Part shown: positions 19,437 through 29,591 of the stretch, piece by piece
Numbering within the stretch: position 1 is the stretch's first letter
How the letters are laid out: each line of letters opens with the position of its first letter
Origin: an uncultured Pseudoxanthomonas sp.
GTDB lineage: Bacteria; Pseudomonadota; Gammaproteobacteria; Xanthomonadales; Xanthomonadaceae
Reading direction: 5' to 3'
DNA: 64,000 nt
Assembly (NCBI GenBank): GCA_964425695.1
Contig: CAYRNF010000001.1
Location: 395,093-459,092 of the forward strand
The notes under the pieces: generated by a model
The model's input: only the letters and a program-made list of their open reading frames with translations
Database searches by the model: none
Told to the model about the DNA's origin: nothing
Program-made: the position numbers and the translations under genes

Positions 19437-21071
19437 TCAGCCCGACAGCGCCCGCTCGATGTCCTCGAGCCGGCGGCCGCGGGTCTCGATGCCGCTGCGC
19501 AGCAGCAGCACGCAGGCGGCCAGCATCGGCAGCGCCAGCAGCAGCGCCGACAGCGCGAAGTGGCTGAAGAACCCCAGCACCCCCACGCCGGCGCCGAGGA
19601 TGCCGCCGAACTTGGAACTGGCCGCGATGCTGCCCGAGCCGGTGCCGCGCAGGTGCACCGGGTAGATCTCGGCGGCGTACGGAATCAGCATGGCGATCAC
19701 GCCGCTGATGTTGACCAGCAGCGCCACCGTGCAGGCGATGGTCAGCGCCTGCGAGCGCACTTCCCAGTGCCCCATCGCGGCGAACGCCAGCAGCGACAGC
19801 GCGGTGAGCGCGATGAACAGCACCAGCGAACGGAAGCTGCTCCAGTAGTGGTACAGCGCGATCACCACCGCGATGCCCGGCAGCGCCAGCAGCGCCGACT
19901 TGGCTAGCACCGCGCTGGCGGCCTTGGGGTCCACCCCCAGTTCGGTCAGGTTCACCGGCAGCCACAGCAGGAAGCCGAAGTTGGCCAGGCCCCAGGCGAC
20001 GCCCGCGGTCAGCAGGCCCCAGGTGATGCCGGCATGGCGCCCGCGCAGCAGCTGGCGCACGCCCTGCACGGGGTGCTGCTCGTCGATGACCGGCGCGCCG
20101 GGGTGCGCGGCGCTGTCGCGTTCCACCGCGGCGGCGGCCGCTGCGCCGCGTGCGCCAGCGAACTTCGCCAGCACCGCGCGCGCCTGGTCCACAAGCCCGG
20201 CGTTGGACAGGAACCGCGGCGATTCGGGGATGAAGCGGTACAGGAACACGATGAGCGCTCCGGTGGGCAGGCCCAGCAACCACAGCACGCGCCAGCTCAT
20301 CCACTCGCCCAGCGTCGCCGCGGCGCCCGCCGCCAGCAGGTAGCCCGCGGACGTGCCGATGCCGCCCAGCGCCACCAGCAGCCACCCGCGATGCGTGGCC
20401 GGCACGGTTTCGGCCATCAGGGTGAAGGTGATCGGCAGCAGGCCGCCGGCCGAGGCGCCCATGAGGAAGCACATCGCCAGGTTCCAGCCGAAGCTGGGCA
20501 TGGCGCCGCAGATCGCGGTGCCGATGAACATCAGCGCGCCCAGCAGGATCGCCGCGCGACGCCCGAACAGGTCGGCCACGCGGCCCCACACGATCGACCC
20601 GACCGTGGTGCCGGTCAGCGCCACCAGCGCCAGCAGGCTCGCGGTGGGCTTGGCGATGGCGTACTCGGCGCTCATGCCCGGCATCACGAAGCCGAGCGTG
20701 GCCGGCTTCATCACGTCCACGGCCAGCGCGATCACCAGCACGGTGACCAGCTTCCAGTGTTCGGCATTGAGCGGCACGCCGTCGGCGACGTGGAAATAAT
20801 CATGTACGGCCTGCAGCGGGCTGGCGTCGTGCAGGGTGCGGCGCATCTGCTCCAGCCGCGGCATCAGGCCGTATCCGGCCAGCAGCAGCCCCACCGGAAT
20901 GATCGCCATGCCCAGCCACATTTCCCAGGTCATCGGCATGCCCACCATCTGCCAGTGGGTGTGCTGGCCCATCATGAACATCGGCACGTGCGCCAGCACG
21001 CCTGCGGTGATCAGCACGCAACCGGCCCAGAAGGCGAGCGGGTGGTGGAACGCGAGGCCTTCGGATTTCAT
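19437..21071 (-). CDS. MFS transporter
   Basis: Twelve to fourteen hydrophobic TM segments and an MFS motif GRVADLFGRR. An alternative start lies at 21101. Confidence 0.8.
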   Translation of the reverse strand: MKSEGLAFHHPLAFWAGCVLITAGVLAHVPMFMMGQHTHWQMVGMPMTWEMWLGMAIIPVGLLLAGYGLMPRLEQMRRTLHDASPLQAVHDYFHVADGVPLNAEHWKLVTVLVIALAVDVMKPATLGFVMPGMSAEYAIAKPTASLLALVALTGTTVGSIVWGRVADLFGRRAAILLGALMFIGTAICGAMPSFGWNLAMCFLMGASAGGLLPITFTLMAETVPATHRGWLLVALGGIGTSAGYLLAAGAAATLGEWMSWRVLWLLGLPTGALIVFLYRFIPESPRFLSNAGLVDQARAVLAKFAGARGAAAAAAVERDSAAHPGAPVIDEQHPVQGVRQLLRGRHAGITWGLLTAGVAWGLANFGFLLWLPVNLTELGVDPKAASAVLAKSALLALPGIAVVIALYHYWSSFRSLVLFIALTALSLLAFAAMGHWEVRSQALTIACTVALLVNISGVIAMLIPYAAEIYPVHLRGTGSGSIAASSKFGGILGAGVGVLGFFSHFALSALLLALPMLAACVLLLRSGIETRGRRLEDIERALSG

Positions 21072-21139
21072 CGATGCGTGCGGTGGATGCGGACGCGGCA
21101 TTGTCGCCGAAGCGCGCGGCCTTGCGCCGCTTCGCTACG

Positions 21140-21934
21140 ATGGCGCGCATGTGCCTGATCGCGTTCGCCTGGCGCGCCGATCCCCGCTACCGGCTGGCGC
21201 TGGTCGCCAACCGCGACGAGTTCCACGCGCGTCCGGCCGCGCCCGCCGGCGTGGATCCCGCGCATCCGCAGGTCTACGGCGGGCGCGACCTGCAGGCCGG
21301 CGGCGGCTGGCTCATGGCGTCCACGCGGGGGCGCCTGGCCGCGGTCACCAACGTGCGCGCGGGCACCGCGACGGAAGCGGCGCCGCGCTCGCGCGGCGCG
21401 CTGGTGCACGGCTTCGCCGCGGGCGATGCGCAGGCGCAGGCGTTCGCCGATGCGCTGCGGCCGGATGCGGGCCGGTACGGGCGCTTCAACCTGCTGCTGT
21501 GGGCGGACGACGCGCTGGCGTTCGCGACCAACCATCCGGCGTTCGCATCGCATCCCGTGTCCTCCGGCGTGCATGCCATGTCCAACGGCGCGTTCGACGA
21601 GCCGTGGCCCAAGGCGATGCACGCCACGCGCGCGTTGCGGGACTGGCTGGCGTCCGCCCCGCATGCGCGAGCCGACGACGCGATCGAACCGCTGTTCGCG
21701 GCCATGACCGACAGCACGCCCGCGCCGGATGCGCTGCTGCCGGACACCGGCGTGGGCATGGCGCTGGAACGCAGGCTCTCGCCCGCGTTCGTGCGCGGTG
21801 CGGACTACGGCACGCGCTGCAGCAGCGTGGTGCTGGTGCACGAAGACGGGCGGCTGCTGTTCGCCGAACAGCGTTACGGGCCGCACGGACGCGACGAGGG
21901 GCGCGATGTGGCCGTACTGCGCTGGCGTGACTAG
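21140..21934 (+). CDS. NRDE family protein (DUF833)
   Basis: MCLIAFAWRADPRYRLALVANRDEFHARP is the defining NRDE motif. Confidence 0.75.
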   Translation: MARMCLIAFAWRADPRYRLALVANRDEFHARPAAPAGVDPAHPQVYGGRDLQAGGGWLMASTRGRLAAVTNVRAGTATEAAPRSRGALVHGFAAGDAQAQAFADALRPDAGRYGRFNLLLWADDALAFATNHPAFASHPVSSGVHAMSNGAFDEPWPKAMHATRALRDWLASAPHARADDAIEPLFAAMTDSTPAPDALLPDTGVGMALERRLSPAFVRGADYGTRCSSVVLVHEDGRLLFAEQRYGPHGRDEGRDVAVLRWRD

Positions 21935-22094
21935 CGGTTCCGGCGACCGTGCCTGTACGCACAGCGGCGCGCGCCTGCCGGAAAGTCCCACCGGCCACGC
22001 GCCGCGAGACGGCCATGACTTCCGTTGGCAGACCGACGCCACATGCGCCGTGCGCGGGCGGCGCCTACGCTGGCCCCACGCTCAGGAGACCGCC

Positions 22095-22328
22095 ATGAAC
22101 GCGATCCGTCCCCCGTCCGCCTTCCCGGCACAGGTCGCTGCGGCAGCGTCGGCGCCGCGCAAGGCGCGTGGCTTCACGCCCGCACCGGCGCCCATGCAGC
22201 CCGATGCGCCGGTGCGCCACGTGCACCGGGCGCGCGAGTTCGGCGTGGGCTATGGCAGCAGCAGCGGCTACGGCAGCGCGCTGCACTTCACCGACGGACA
22301 CGTGGACGCGCCGTTCCGCTTCCGCTGA
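22095..22328 (+). CDS. Small hypothetical protein (77 aa)
   Basis: AGGAGA SD 7 nt upstream of the ATG. There is no recognisable domain. Confidence 0.35.
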   Translation: MNAIRPPSAFPAQVAAAASAPRKARGFTPAPAPMQPDAPVRHVHRAREFGVGYGSSSGYGSALHFTDGHVDAPFRFR

Positions 22329-22406
22329 CGGCCCGTGTCCAGGGGGCGTGCGCCGGGTCGAGCGCGGCGCACGCTGCGCGTGGCATCAACGCGTGGGGTC
22401 CCGGAG

Positions 22407-22661
22407 TTATTCGGCCGTGGACTCGTCGCCGCGGAAATAGGGTTCCACGGTGCCCTTGACCTTCATCGTCATCGGCTGGCCGCGGCGGTCCAGCGCACGC
22501 CCCGCGGCCACCCGCACCCAGCCTTCGCTGACGCAGTATTCCTCGACGTTGTTGCGGTCCACGCCGTTGAAGCGAACGCCGATGCCGCGCGCCAGCAGCG
22601 CCTCGTCGTAGTACGGACTGCGCGGATCGTTGGACAGGCGGTCGGGCAGGGTGTCGGTCAT
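22407..22661 (-). CDS. DUF3297 family protein
   Basis: PDRLSNDPRSPYYDEALLARGIGVRFNGV...EEYCVSEGWVRVA matches the DUF3297 consensus as remembered. Confidence 0.65.
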   Translation of the reverse strand: MTDTLPDRLSNDPRSPYYDEALLARGIGVRFNGVDRNNVEEYCVSEGWVRVAAGRALDRRGQPMTMKVKGTVEPYFRGDESTAE

Positions 22662-22725
22662 GGCGGGATTTGCGGACGTGGGAAGCGCCGCGATTGTAGC
22701 GTGCGCCTCGCGCGCGTCGCAGACC

Positions 22726-23010
22726 TCACGCGCTTTCGCCGCGGCCTTGCGCCTTGGCGCGCGCGATCACCGCCTTGACCAGCGCGCGGTCGCGATGCCG
22801 TGAAATGGGCATCGCGCCCAGTGCCAGCGCGATGCTGCGCAGCTCCGCGTCCACGTCGTAGTGCGCGCCGCTGCGCTTGTCCTGGAACGCGCGGCGCGGA
22901 AGCCCCAGGCGCGCGGCGAAGGCGTGCAGCTCGTCCAGGGTGTCGGCCATGAGGTGGGCCCAGCGCCGTCCGCGCCAGAGCGTGACCGCATCGTCCACGT
23001 AGACCGTCAA
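22726..23010 (-). CDS. DUF4031 domain protein
   Basis: MTVYVDDAVTLWRGRRWAHLMADTLDELHAFAARLGL...YDVD. Confidence 0.65.
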   Translation of the reverse strand: MTVYVDDAVTLWRGRRWAHLMADTLDELHAFAARLGLPRRAFQDKRSGAHYDVDAELRSIALALGAMPISRHRDRALVKAVIARAKAQGRGESA

Positions 23011-23028
23011 GCGGCGATCCGCACCGTG

Positions 23029-23592
23029 TCAGTCGCGCGCGGCGACCGGGCGCTGCAGTTCGTCGCGCAGCCAGCGGTCGATCATCGCCTTCTCGTAGCG
23101 CAGCGGGTCGCTGGCGCCGATGATCGAACTGCGCATCAAGTAGGCGCCATCGACCAGCTCGCGTTCGCCGGCATCGATCACGCGGCCGTCCGCGGCGACG
23201 CGTTCGAAGCGCAGCGTCATGCGCGGCGGGTAGAGGTCGCGCATGATCCGCACGTCGTCGAACTGCGGGCCGTGCCAGGGTTCGTAGGTGCCCGCGCGGC
23301 GGATGTCGGTGATCTCGACCTCCAGCCGTTCGCCGGGCGGCAGCCGCTTCAGGGCGCGGTCGCGCAGGTGCGCGGCGAGCTGCGCGACCCAGTCCCCGCG
23401 TGCGGCCTCGCGGCGGTTGCCGCTGTAGCGGATGTCGGAAAACTGCGCAGGATCGGTCCAGCGCACGTCCACGCTGCCGTCCACGGGCAGGCTGCGCGGG
23501 GCATCGGGATCGGTCACGCTGCGCACCCCGGCGCTGGCGGGAAACGCGACGGCGGCCAGCAGCAGCGCGCAGGCCAGGCAGTGCAGTTTCAT
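23029..23592 (-). CDS. Secreted DUF3016-like protein
   Basis: Signal peptide MKLHCLACALLLAAVAFPASA. Otherwise a conserved hypothetical. Confidence 0.6.
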   Translation of the reverse strand: MKLHCLACALLLAAVAFPASAGVRSVTDPDAPRSLPVDGSVDVRWTDPAQFSDIRYSGNRREAARGDWVAQLAAHLRDRALKRLPPGERLEVEITDIRRAGTYEPWHGPQFDDVRIMRDLYPPRMTLRFERVAADGRVIDAGERELVDGAYLMRSSIIGASDPLRYEKAMIDRWLRDELQRPVAARD

Positions 23593-23688
23593 GTCGGTCG
23601 CTCCGCAGGGAACCGGCCCGATTCTACGCCCGCGGCGCCCGCAAGCCGGGTGCGGCGCACGCGCGCCGCACCGCGGTTGCGCGCGCGT

Positions 23689-24378
23689 TCATCGGCCTTG
23701 CGCGGCGCGCAGCAGCGGCGCCAGTTCGCGCCAGACGTGGTCGCGGATCGCCGGCTGCGTGCCGGCCGTGGGATGCAGGTTGTCGGCCTGGAAACTGGCG
23801 CGCGACAGCGCGATGGGCTGCAGCAGGAACGGCAGCAGCGCGGTGTCGAAGCGCCCCGCCAGGTCGCGGTAGCCGCGTTCGAATTCGCGCGCGTACGCGG
23901 CGCCGTAGTTGGGCGGGATGCGCATGCCCACCAGCAGCACCCGCGCGCCGATGCCCTGCGATGCGCCGATCATCCGGGCCAGGTTGCGCCGCGCCTGGCG
24001 CAGCGGCAGGCCGCGCAGCGCGTCGTTGGCCCCCAGCTGGATCACCACCACCGAAGGCCGGTGCCGCACCACCGCGTCCACGATGCGCGCCGCGCCGCCT
24101 GCGGTGGTTTCGCCGCTGATGCTGGCGTTGACCACCCGCCAGCCGGGGAACTGCGCGGCGACGCGGTCGGCGGTGAGCGCCACCCAGCCCTGCGACGCCG
24201 GCATGTTGTAGGCCGCCGAGAGCGAATCGCCCATCACCAGCACCGTGCGCGGATCGGTGGCCACGTGCGGACGCGGCCGCGCCGCGTCCTGGGCCTGCGC
24301 CAGCCCGGCCAGCAACAGCAGCACCCAACCAATGGCCCATTGAACCCGCCTGCCGCGCACGCCATCTGCCATCTTCAT
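23689..24378 (-). CDS. tesA: Arylesterase / acyl-CoA thioesterase I (SGNH/GDSL hydrolase)
   Basis: GDSLS catalytic Ser block, GANDALRG block, DxxHP block. Divergent from a ybbA-ybbP-like pair, as in E. coli. Confidence 0.85.
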   Translation of the reverse strand: MKMADGVRGRRVQWAIGWVLLLLAGLAQAQDAARPRPHVATDPRTVLVMGDSLSAAYNMPASQGWVALTADRVAAQFPGWRVVNASISGETTAGGAARIVDAVVRHRPSVVVIQLGANDALRGLPLRQARRNLARMIGASQGIGARVLLVGMRIPPNYGAAYAREFERGYRDLAGRFDTALLPFLLQPIALSRASFQADNLHPTAGTQPAIRDHVWRELAPLLRAAQGR

Positions 24379-24468
24379 TCGGTTCTCCGTCGCTGCGGGC
24401 AACATGGCCCGGTTCGCATCGGGGCCCAGCATCGCAGCCACGCCCGCACCACTTCGTCAAGGAAACCC

Positions 24469-25152
24469 ATGGTCGATCCCCACGATTCCATCGCCCTGCA
24501 GGCCGAGGGCTTGGGCAAGCGCGTTGCACTGGCCTCCGGCGAGCTCGTCATCCTGGATGGGGTGTCGTTCCGGATCCGCAAGGGCGACAGCGTGGCCATC
24601 GTGGGCGCGTCGGGCTCGGGCAAGAGCACGCTGCTGTCGCTGCTGGCGGGGCTGGACACGCCCAGCAGCGGCAGCGTGGTGCTGGAAGGCGAGGCGCTGT
24701 CGCAGCTGGACGAGGACGGCCGGGCGCGGGTCCGCGGCGACAAGGTGGGCTTCGTGTTCCAGAGCTTCCAGCTGCTGCCGTCGCTGACCGCGCTGGAGAA
24801 CGTGATGCTGCCGCTGGAATTGCGCGGCGACGCGGACGCGGACACGCATGCGCGCGGGATCCTGCAGCAGGTCGGGCTGGGCGAACGCCTGGACCACTAC
24901 CCGCGGCAGCTGTCCGGCGGCGAGCAGCAGCGCGTCGCCGTGGCGCGCGCGTTCGCCACGCGGCCCGCGCTGCTGTTCGCGGACGAACCCACCGGCAACC
25001 TGGACACGCGCACCGGGCAGGGCATCATCGAGCTGCTGTTCGACATGAACCGCGATGCCGGCACCACGCTGGTACTGGTCACGCACGACGAGCACCTGGC
25101 GCAGCGCTGCCAGCGCACGCTGCGGCTGGAGAGCGGGAGGCTGGTGGCGTGA
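24469..25152 (+). CDS. ybbA: ABC transporter ATP-binding protein (YbbA-like)
   Basis: GASGSGKSTLL, LSGGEQQRVAVARA and LLFADEPTGNLD. Strong similarity to E. coli YbbA as recalled. Confidence 0.85.
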   Translation: MVDPHDSIALQAEGLGKRVALASGELVILDGVSFRIRKGDSVAIVGASGSGKSTLLSLLAGLDTPSSGSVVLEGEALSQLDEDGRARVRGDKVGFVFQSFQLLPSLTALENVMLPLELRGDADADTHARGILQQVGLGERLDHYPRQLSGGEQQRVAVARAFATRPALLFADEPTGNLDTRTGQGIIELLFDMNRDAGTTLVLVTHDEHLAQRCQRTLRLESGRLVA

Positions 25153-25279
25153 GCGGGCGTCAGGCGACATGCGCGAGCGCGTGGTCCCGGGCCCGTACCT
25201 GCGCCCTGAGTCTGGCCTGCTCGATGGTCACGGGCCGCGGAGCTCCCGGCGCGTGGTCGCTGGCGGCCGGAGGTGCCCG

Positions 25280-27817
25280 GTGAACGTCGTGCGCAACACC
25301 GTCGCGCTGGCCTGGCGCCAGCTGCGCCGCGACCTGGCGGCCGGCGACATCCGCATCCTGCTGGCTGCGCTGGTGCTTGCGGTCGTTGCCGTCACCGCGG
25401 TGGGCTTCGTGACCGATCGCGCGGCGCGGGCGCTGGCGATCGAGGCCAACCGCCTGCTCGGCGCCGACGCGGTGCTGCGCGCCGATGCGCCCATCGCCGG
25501 CGCGGCGCGCGAGGCCGCCGCTGCCAGCGGGCTGCGCAGCGCCGAAACCGTGGAACTGGACAGCATGATCCGCGTAGGCAGCGGGGCGGACGCGAACCTG
25601 CGCCTGGGCGAACTGCAGGCGCTGGGCGCGGGCTATCCGCTGCGCGGCGCCTTCACGATCGACCGCGGCGCCGGCGCCGCCGACGCGTCCGGCATCCCGC
25701 AGCCGGGCACCGCGTGGATGACGCGTGCCGGCGCCGAAACGCTGGGCGCGAAGATCGGCGACACCGTGCTGCTGGGCGAGGCCGCCTTCCGGCTGGTCGC
25801 GCTGGTGACGCAGGAACCGGGTGCGGGCTTCGACTACTTCGACGTGGCGCCCAAGGTGTTCCTGAGTCTTTCCGACCTGCCCGGCACCGGGCTGGTGCAG
25901 CCCGGCAGCCGCGTGCGCTACCGGCTGGGCGTGGCGGGCGAAGCCGCGGCGGTGGAGGGCTTCGTGTCCACCGCGCGCGCCAGCCTGGGCCGCGGGCAGC
26001 GCCTGGAAACCATCGGCGAATCGCGGCCCGAGGTGCGTTCGGCGCTGGACCGCGCCGGTCGCTTCCTGGGCCTGGCCGCACTGGTGTCGGTGATCCTGGC
26101 CGCGGTGGCCGTGGCCATGGCCGCGCGCCGGCACAGCGCGCGGCATCTGCAGGGCGCGGCGGTGATGCGCTGCCTGGGCGCGTCGCAGAACACCCTGGTG
26201 GCGATCCACGTGGGCGAGCTGCTGCTGCTGGGCCTGGCCGCGTGCACGCTGGGCGTGGCCATCGCGTTCGGGCTGCAGTGGGGCGTGGGTGCGTGGCTGG
26301 CGCGCGAGCTCGAACTGTCCATCCCGCCTGCGTCCGTGTGGCCCGCCCTGCAGGGCTATGGCGTGGGGCTGGTGGTGCTGCTCGCCTTCGGCGCGCCGCC
26401 GGTGCTGGCGCTGCGCCGGGTGCCGGCGCTGCGCGTGCTGCGCCGCGACCTGGATCCCACCGAACCCAGCGCGTGGATCGTCGGCATCGCCGCGTTCGCC
26501 GGGCTGGCGGCGCTGCTGTGGTGGAAGGCGGGGTCCGCCGTGCTGGGCGGCGCGATGCTGGCCGGGATCGCGATCACCTTTGCCGTGCTCGCCCTGCTGG
26601 CGTGGGCGCTGATCGTGGCGGTGCGCCGCGCGCGCGGACGGCTGCGCGGCAGCCTGCGCTACGGGCTGGCGAACGTGAGCCGCCGCGCCGGCACCAGCAT
26701 CGCGCAGGTGTCGGCGCTGGGCCTGGGACTGATGGCGCTGCTGCTGCTGACCTTCGTGCGCACCGACCTGCTGGACCGCTGGCAGCTGCAGCTGGCGGAG
26801 AACGCGCCGAACCGGTTCATCATCAACGTGCAGAACGACCAGGTGCAGCCGGTGCGCGACTTCGTGCAGGCGCAAGGGCTGCGCGAACCGGTGCTGTTTC
26901 CGATGGTCCGCGCGCGCCTGACGACCCGCAACGGGCAACCGTTCACCGGCGCGGACGTGGCCGATACCGGCGACGCCGACGACACCCGCCAGGCCCAGCG
27001 CCGTGCGGAACGCGAGTTCAACCTGTCCACCGCCGCCGCGCTGGGCGACGACAACCGCGTCACCGCCGGGCGCTTCTGGGCCGCCGACGCGGCCCCTGCG
27101 CGCACCGAGTTCTCGGTGGAGGAGCGCTTCGCCGAATCGCTGGGCTGGAAGCTGGGCGACCGCATCGGCTTCGATATCGCCGGGCAGGCGCTGGAAGGCA
27201 CCATCACCAGCCTGCGCAGCGTGGAGTGGGAGAGTTTCCGTCCCAACTTCTTCGTGCTGGCCTCGCCCGGCGCGTTGCAGGGATATCCGGCCAGCTACAT
27301 CACGGCGGTGAGCGTGCCGCCGCAGCGGCCGCGCTTCACCGCGGAACTGGTGCAGGCGTTCCCGAACCTGTCGGTGATCGACGTGGACGCGGTGCTGGCG
27401 CAGGTGCGCGCCACCGGCGACCAGGTGTCCACCGTGGTGCAGGTGGTGTTCTGGTTCTCGTTCGCCGCGGGCGTGCTGGTGCTGATGGCGGCGGTGAGCG
27501 CCAGCCAGGACGAGCGCCTGCTCGAGGGCGGGGTGATGCGCGTGCTCGGCGCCAGCCGCCGCCAGCTGCGGCTGGCGCAGGCGTCGGAATTCGCGGCCAT
27601 CGGCCTGCTGTCGGGACTGGTGGCGGCGATCGCCGCATCGATCCTGTCCGGCGTGGTGGCCACCCGCGTCTTCGACCTGCTGTGGACGCCGAACTGGACC
27701 CTGGCCGCGGTGGGCGGGGCGCTGGGCATGCTCGCCGCGCTGGCGGCGGGCCTGTTCGCCACGCGCCGCGTGCTGGACGAGCCGCCGTCGGTGGTGCTGC
27801 GGGAGTTGGACAACTAG
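25280..27817 (+). CDS. ybbP: ABC transporter permease, FtsX family (YbbP-like, ~845 aa)
   Basis: Two FtsX-type 4-TM modules separated by large periplasmic domains. The start was placed at a GTG aligned to the YbbP N-terminus; an alternative ATG lies at 25169. Confidence 0.8.
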   Translation: MNVVRNTVALAWRQLRRDLAAGDIRILLAALVLAVVAVTAVGFVTDRAARALAIEANRLLGADAVLRADAPIAGAAREAAAASGLRSAETVELDSMIRVGSGADANLRLGELQALGAGYPLRGAFTIDRGAGAADASGIPQPGTAWMTRAGAETLGAKIGDTVLLGEAAFRLVALVTQEPGAGFDYFDVAPKVFLSLSDLPGTGLVQPGSRVRYRLGVAGEAAAVEGFVSTARASLGRGQRLETIGESRPEVRSALDRAGRFLGLAALVSVILAAVAVAMAARRHSARHLQGAAVMRCLGASQNTLVAIHVGELLLLGLAACTLGVAIAFGLQWGVGAWLARELELSIPPASVWPALQGYGVGLVVLLAFGAPPVLALRRVPALRVLRRDLDPTEPSAWIVGIAAFAGLAALLWWKAGSAVLGGAMLAGIAITFAVLALLAWALIVAVRRARGRLRGSLRYGLANVSRRAGTSIAQVSALGLGLMALLLLTFVRTDLLDRWQLQLAENAPNRFIINVQNDQVQPVRDFVQAQGLREPVLFPMVRARLTTRNGQPFTGADVADTGDADDTRQAQRRAEREFNLSTAAALGDDNRVTAGRFWAADAAPARTEFSVEERFAESLGWKLGDRIGFDIAGQALEGTITSLRSVEWESFRPNFFVLASPGALQGYPASYITAVSVPPQRPRFTAELVQAFPNLSVIDVDAVLAQVRATGDQVSTVVQVVFWFSFAAGVLVLMAAVSASQDERLLEGGVMRVLGASRRQLRLAQASEFAAIGLLSGLVAAIAASILSGVVATRVFDLLWTPNWTLAAVGGALGMLAALAAGLFATRRVLDEPPSVVLRELDN

Positions 27818-27936
27818 CCGCGAAGCCGTGGATCGCGCCGGCCGGGAGGTCGTGCTAGCCTGCGGTTCGACATGGATTGTCGACCGCTTGGCGCAACGCC
27901 ACCGGGAGACACAGCAATCGCAAGGAGGCGTGCGTC

Positions 27937-28335
27937 ATGACCCGATCGTTCCGGACACTGGCATTGCGGCGAGCGGTGGCCCTGGCCCTGCTGCTGGGCA
28001 TGCAGCTGGCCGCATGGGCCGACGAACCCGGGGTCTATACCCGGCTCGCTTGTCGCGACGACGACCCCTTCGTGCTGTGCACGCAGGGGTGCAAGAACCA
28101 GCACTACAACTGGAAGCCGCTTGCGCCCGAATTCGGCACCTGGATCGCGGTGCGCGGCTATTGTCCGTGGCCGCAGAGCAAGGGCACGTGCTGCGTCGGC
28201 AATGTCTGCTTCAGGCTGTGGACCGACACGGCGGTGCAGGCGGTCGGTCAGTACATGGCGATCTGTCCGAGGGCGCATGAAGAGGGCAGCTGGGAAGGCC
28301 AGGGTCGGCCTGAAAGAACGCCCCACGATCATTGA
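27937..28335 (+). CDS. Small secreted cysteine-rich hypothetical protein (8 Cys)
   Basis: Signal peptide MTRSFRTLALRRAVALALLLGMQLAAWA, followed by eight spaced Cys residues. Confidence 0.5.
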   Translation: MTRSFRTLALRRAVALALLLGMQLAAWADEPGVYTRLACRDDDPFVLCTQGCKNQHYNWKPLAPEFGTWIAVRGYCPWPQSKGTCCVGNVCFRLWTDTAVQAVGQYMAICPRAHEEGSWEGQGRPERTPHDH

Positions 28336-28526
28336 CGCTGCGCGTGGGATACGCCGCTGCCGTTCCACGCTGGGAGTTCCCCCATGTCAGGCGACGTCGG
28401 CGCGCGCGCAACCGTGACCGACCGCAATTACTGGCAGCAGGCAGTCCCGCCTGTTAGCCAGACGGGCATCGGCATGGAGCGATCGCACGGCCCTCCATGC
28501 CGGATGCTTGCCCAGCCTATGCAAGC

Positions 28527-28859
28527 TCAGGCCTTCAACCGCCGCGCCGCCAGGAAGTAGGCCAGGTTGCCCAGGCCGGTGGCGACCAGCAGCGCGGCGA
28601 TCACGCCCGGGGTCACTTCCTGCACGCCCTGCAGGTCCACGGCGGCGAAGCCGATGCCCAGGGCCAGCAGCACGATCCCCCAGCGCAGCGAGCCGTGGCG
28701 GCGGCGGGCCTCCTCGCCTTCTAGGATCGAGCGCACCAGCGCCTCGGAGCCGTTGGACTCGACCATCTGCCGGCGTACGCGGGCGTCCAGGACGGCCTTG
28801 ATGGTCCAGGCGATGGACAGGAACAGGACGATGGGGATCAGGAATTCGAGGTTGTTCAT
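28527..28859 (-). CDS. Small membrane protein (2-3 TM), hypothetical
   Basis: MNNLEFLIPIVLFLSIAWTIKAV...GIVLLALGIGFAAV. Confidence 0.45.
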   Translation of the reverse strand: MNNLEFLIPIVLFLSIAWTIKAVLDARVRRQMVESNGSEALVRSILEGEEARRRHGSLRWGIVLLALGIGFAAVDLQGVQEVTPGVIAALLVATGLGNLAYFLAARRLKA

Positions 28860-28991
28860 GGCGGCGCTCTCGTGGGAGGGACGGGTGTGTGGCTTCGGTG
28901 ACAGGGATACGGCGCGGCGGCGGCCGGTTGCAGGCGTGCGGTCCGCCGTACCGGTTGCAACCGGAGCCACCCAGGGCGTATCCCTGACTGC

Positions 28992-29591
28992 GTGAGCGAC
29001 CTCCCCACCACCCTCGACGACGACCGCGCCCTGGTGGCGGCCGTGCAGGCCGGCACGCCCGGTGCGTTCGAGCGGCTGGTGCAGCAATACCAGGGCCTGT
29101 GCTGGCACGTGGTGCAGCGCATGGTCCGCCACCCCGAGGACGCGCGCGACCTGTGCCAGGAAAGCTTCCTGCGCGTGCACCAGTGCCTGCACCAGTGGCG
29201 CGGCGACCGGCCGCTGAGCGGCTGGATCGGCCAGGTGGCCTATTCCATGGCCAAGCGCCACCTCGAGCGCAAGCGCATCCCCATCGCGGAGCCCGCCGCG
29301 GACGACGGGCATTCACCGATGGATGCGGTGTCCGACGGCTTCGACCTGGAGGGCACGGTGGCCGACGCCGAAACCGACCGCCACCTGCATGCCGCCATCG
29401 AATCGCTGCCGCCGCTGCAGCGCACCCTGCTGACCCTGTACCACCTGGACGAGCTGCCGATCGGCGAAATCTCGCGGATCACCGAGCTGCCGGAAAACAC
29501 CATCAAGAGCCACCTGTTCCGAAGCCGCAAGCGCCTGCGCGACCTGCTGGCGCCGCAACTCGGACGCGACACCGTGGGAGCCGCCGCATGA
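28992..29591 (+). CDS. ECF-type RNA polymerase sigma-70 factor
   Basis: Sigma70 region 2 (QGLCWHVVQRMVRHPEDARDLCQESFLRVH) and region 4 (LQRTLLTLYHLDELPIGEISRITELPENTIKSHLFRSRKRL). GTG start. Confidence 0.85.
   Translation: MSDLPTTLDDDRALVAAVQAGTPGAFERLVQQYQGLCWHVVQRMVRHPEDARDLCQESFLRVHQCLHQWRGDRPLSGWIGQVAYSMAKRHLERKRIPIAEPAADDGHSPMDAVSDGFDLEGTVADAETDRHLHAAIESLPPLQRTLLTLYHLDELPIGEISRITELPENTIKSHLFRSRKRLRDLLAPQLGRDTVGAAA

Noticed and set aside
18295-20589. 764-aa minus-strand ORF spanning the EF-hand gene and part of the MFS gene
   Set aside because: Only the last 124 codons (18295-18669) form a credible YciI-like protein with a proper ATG. The upstream 640 residues are low-complexity and overlap real genes on both strands.
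23689-27817. tesA-ybbA-ybbP arrangement as a novel system
   Set aside because: This divergent thioesterase plus ABC ATPase/FtsX permease arrangement is a well-known conserved locus (as in E. coli). It is not novel.
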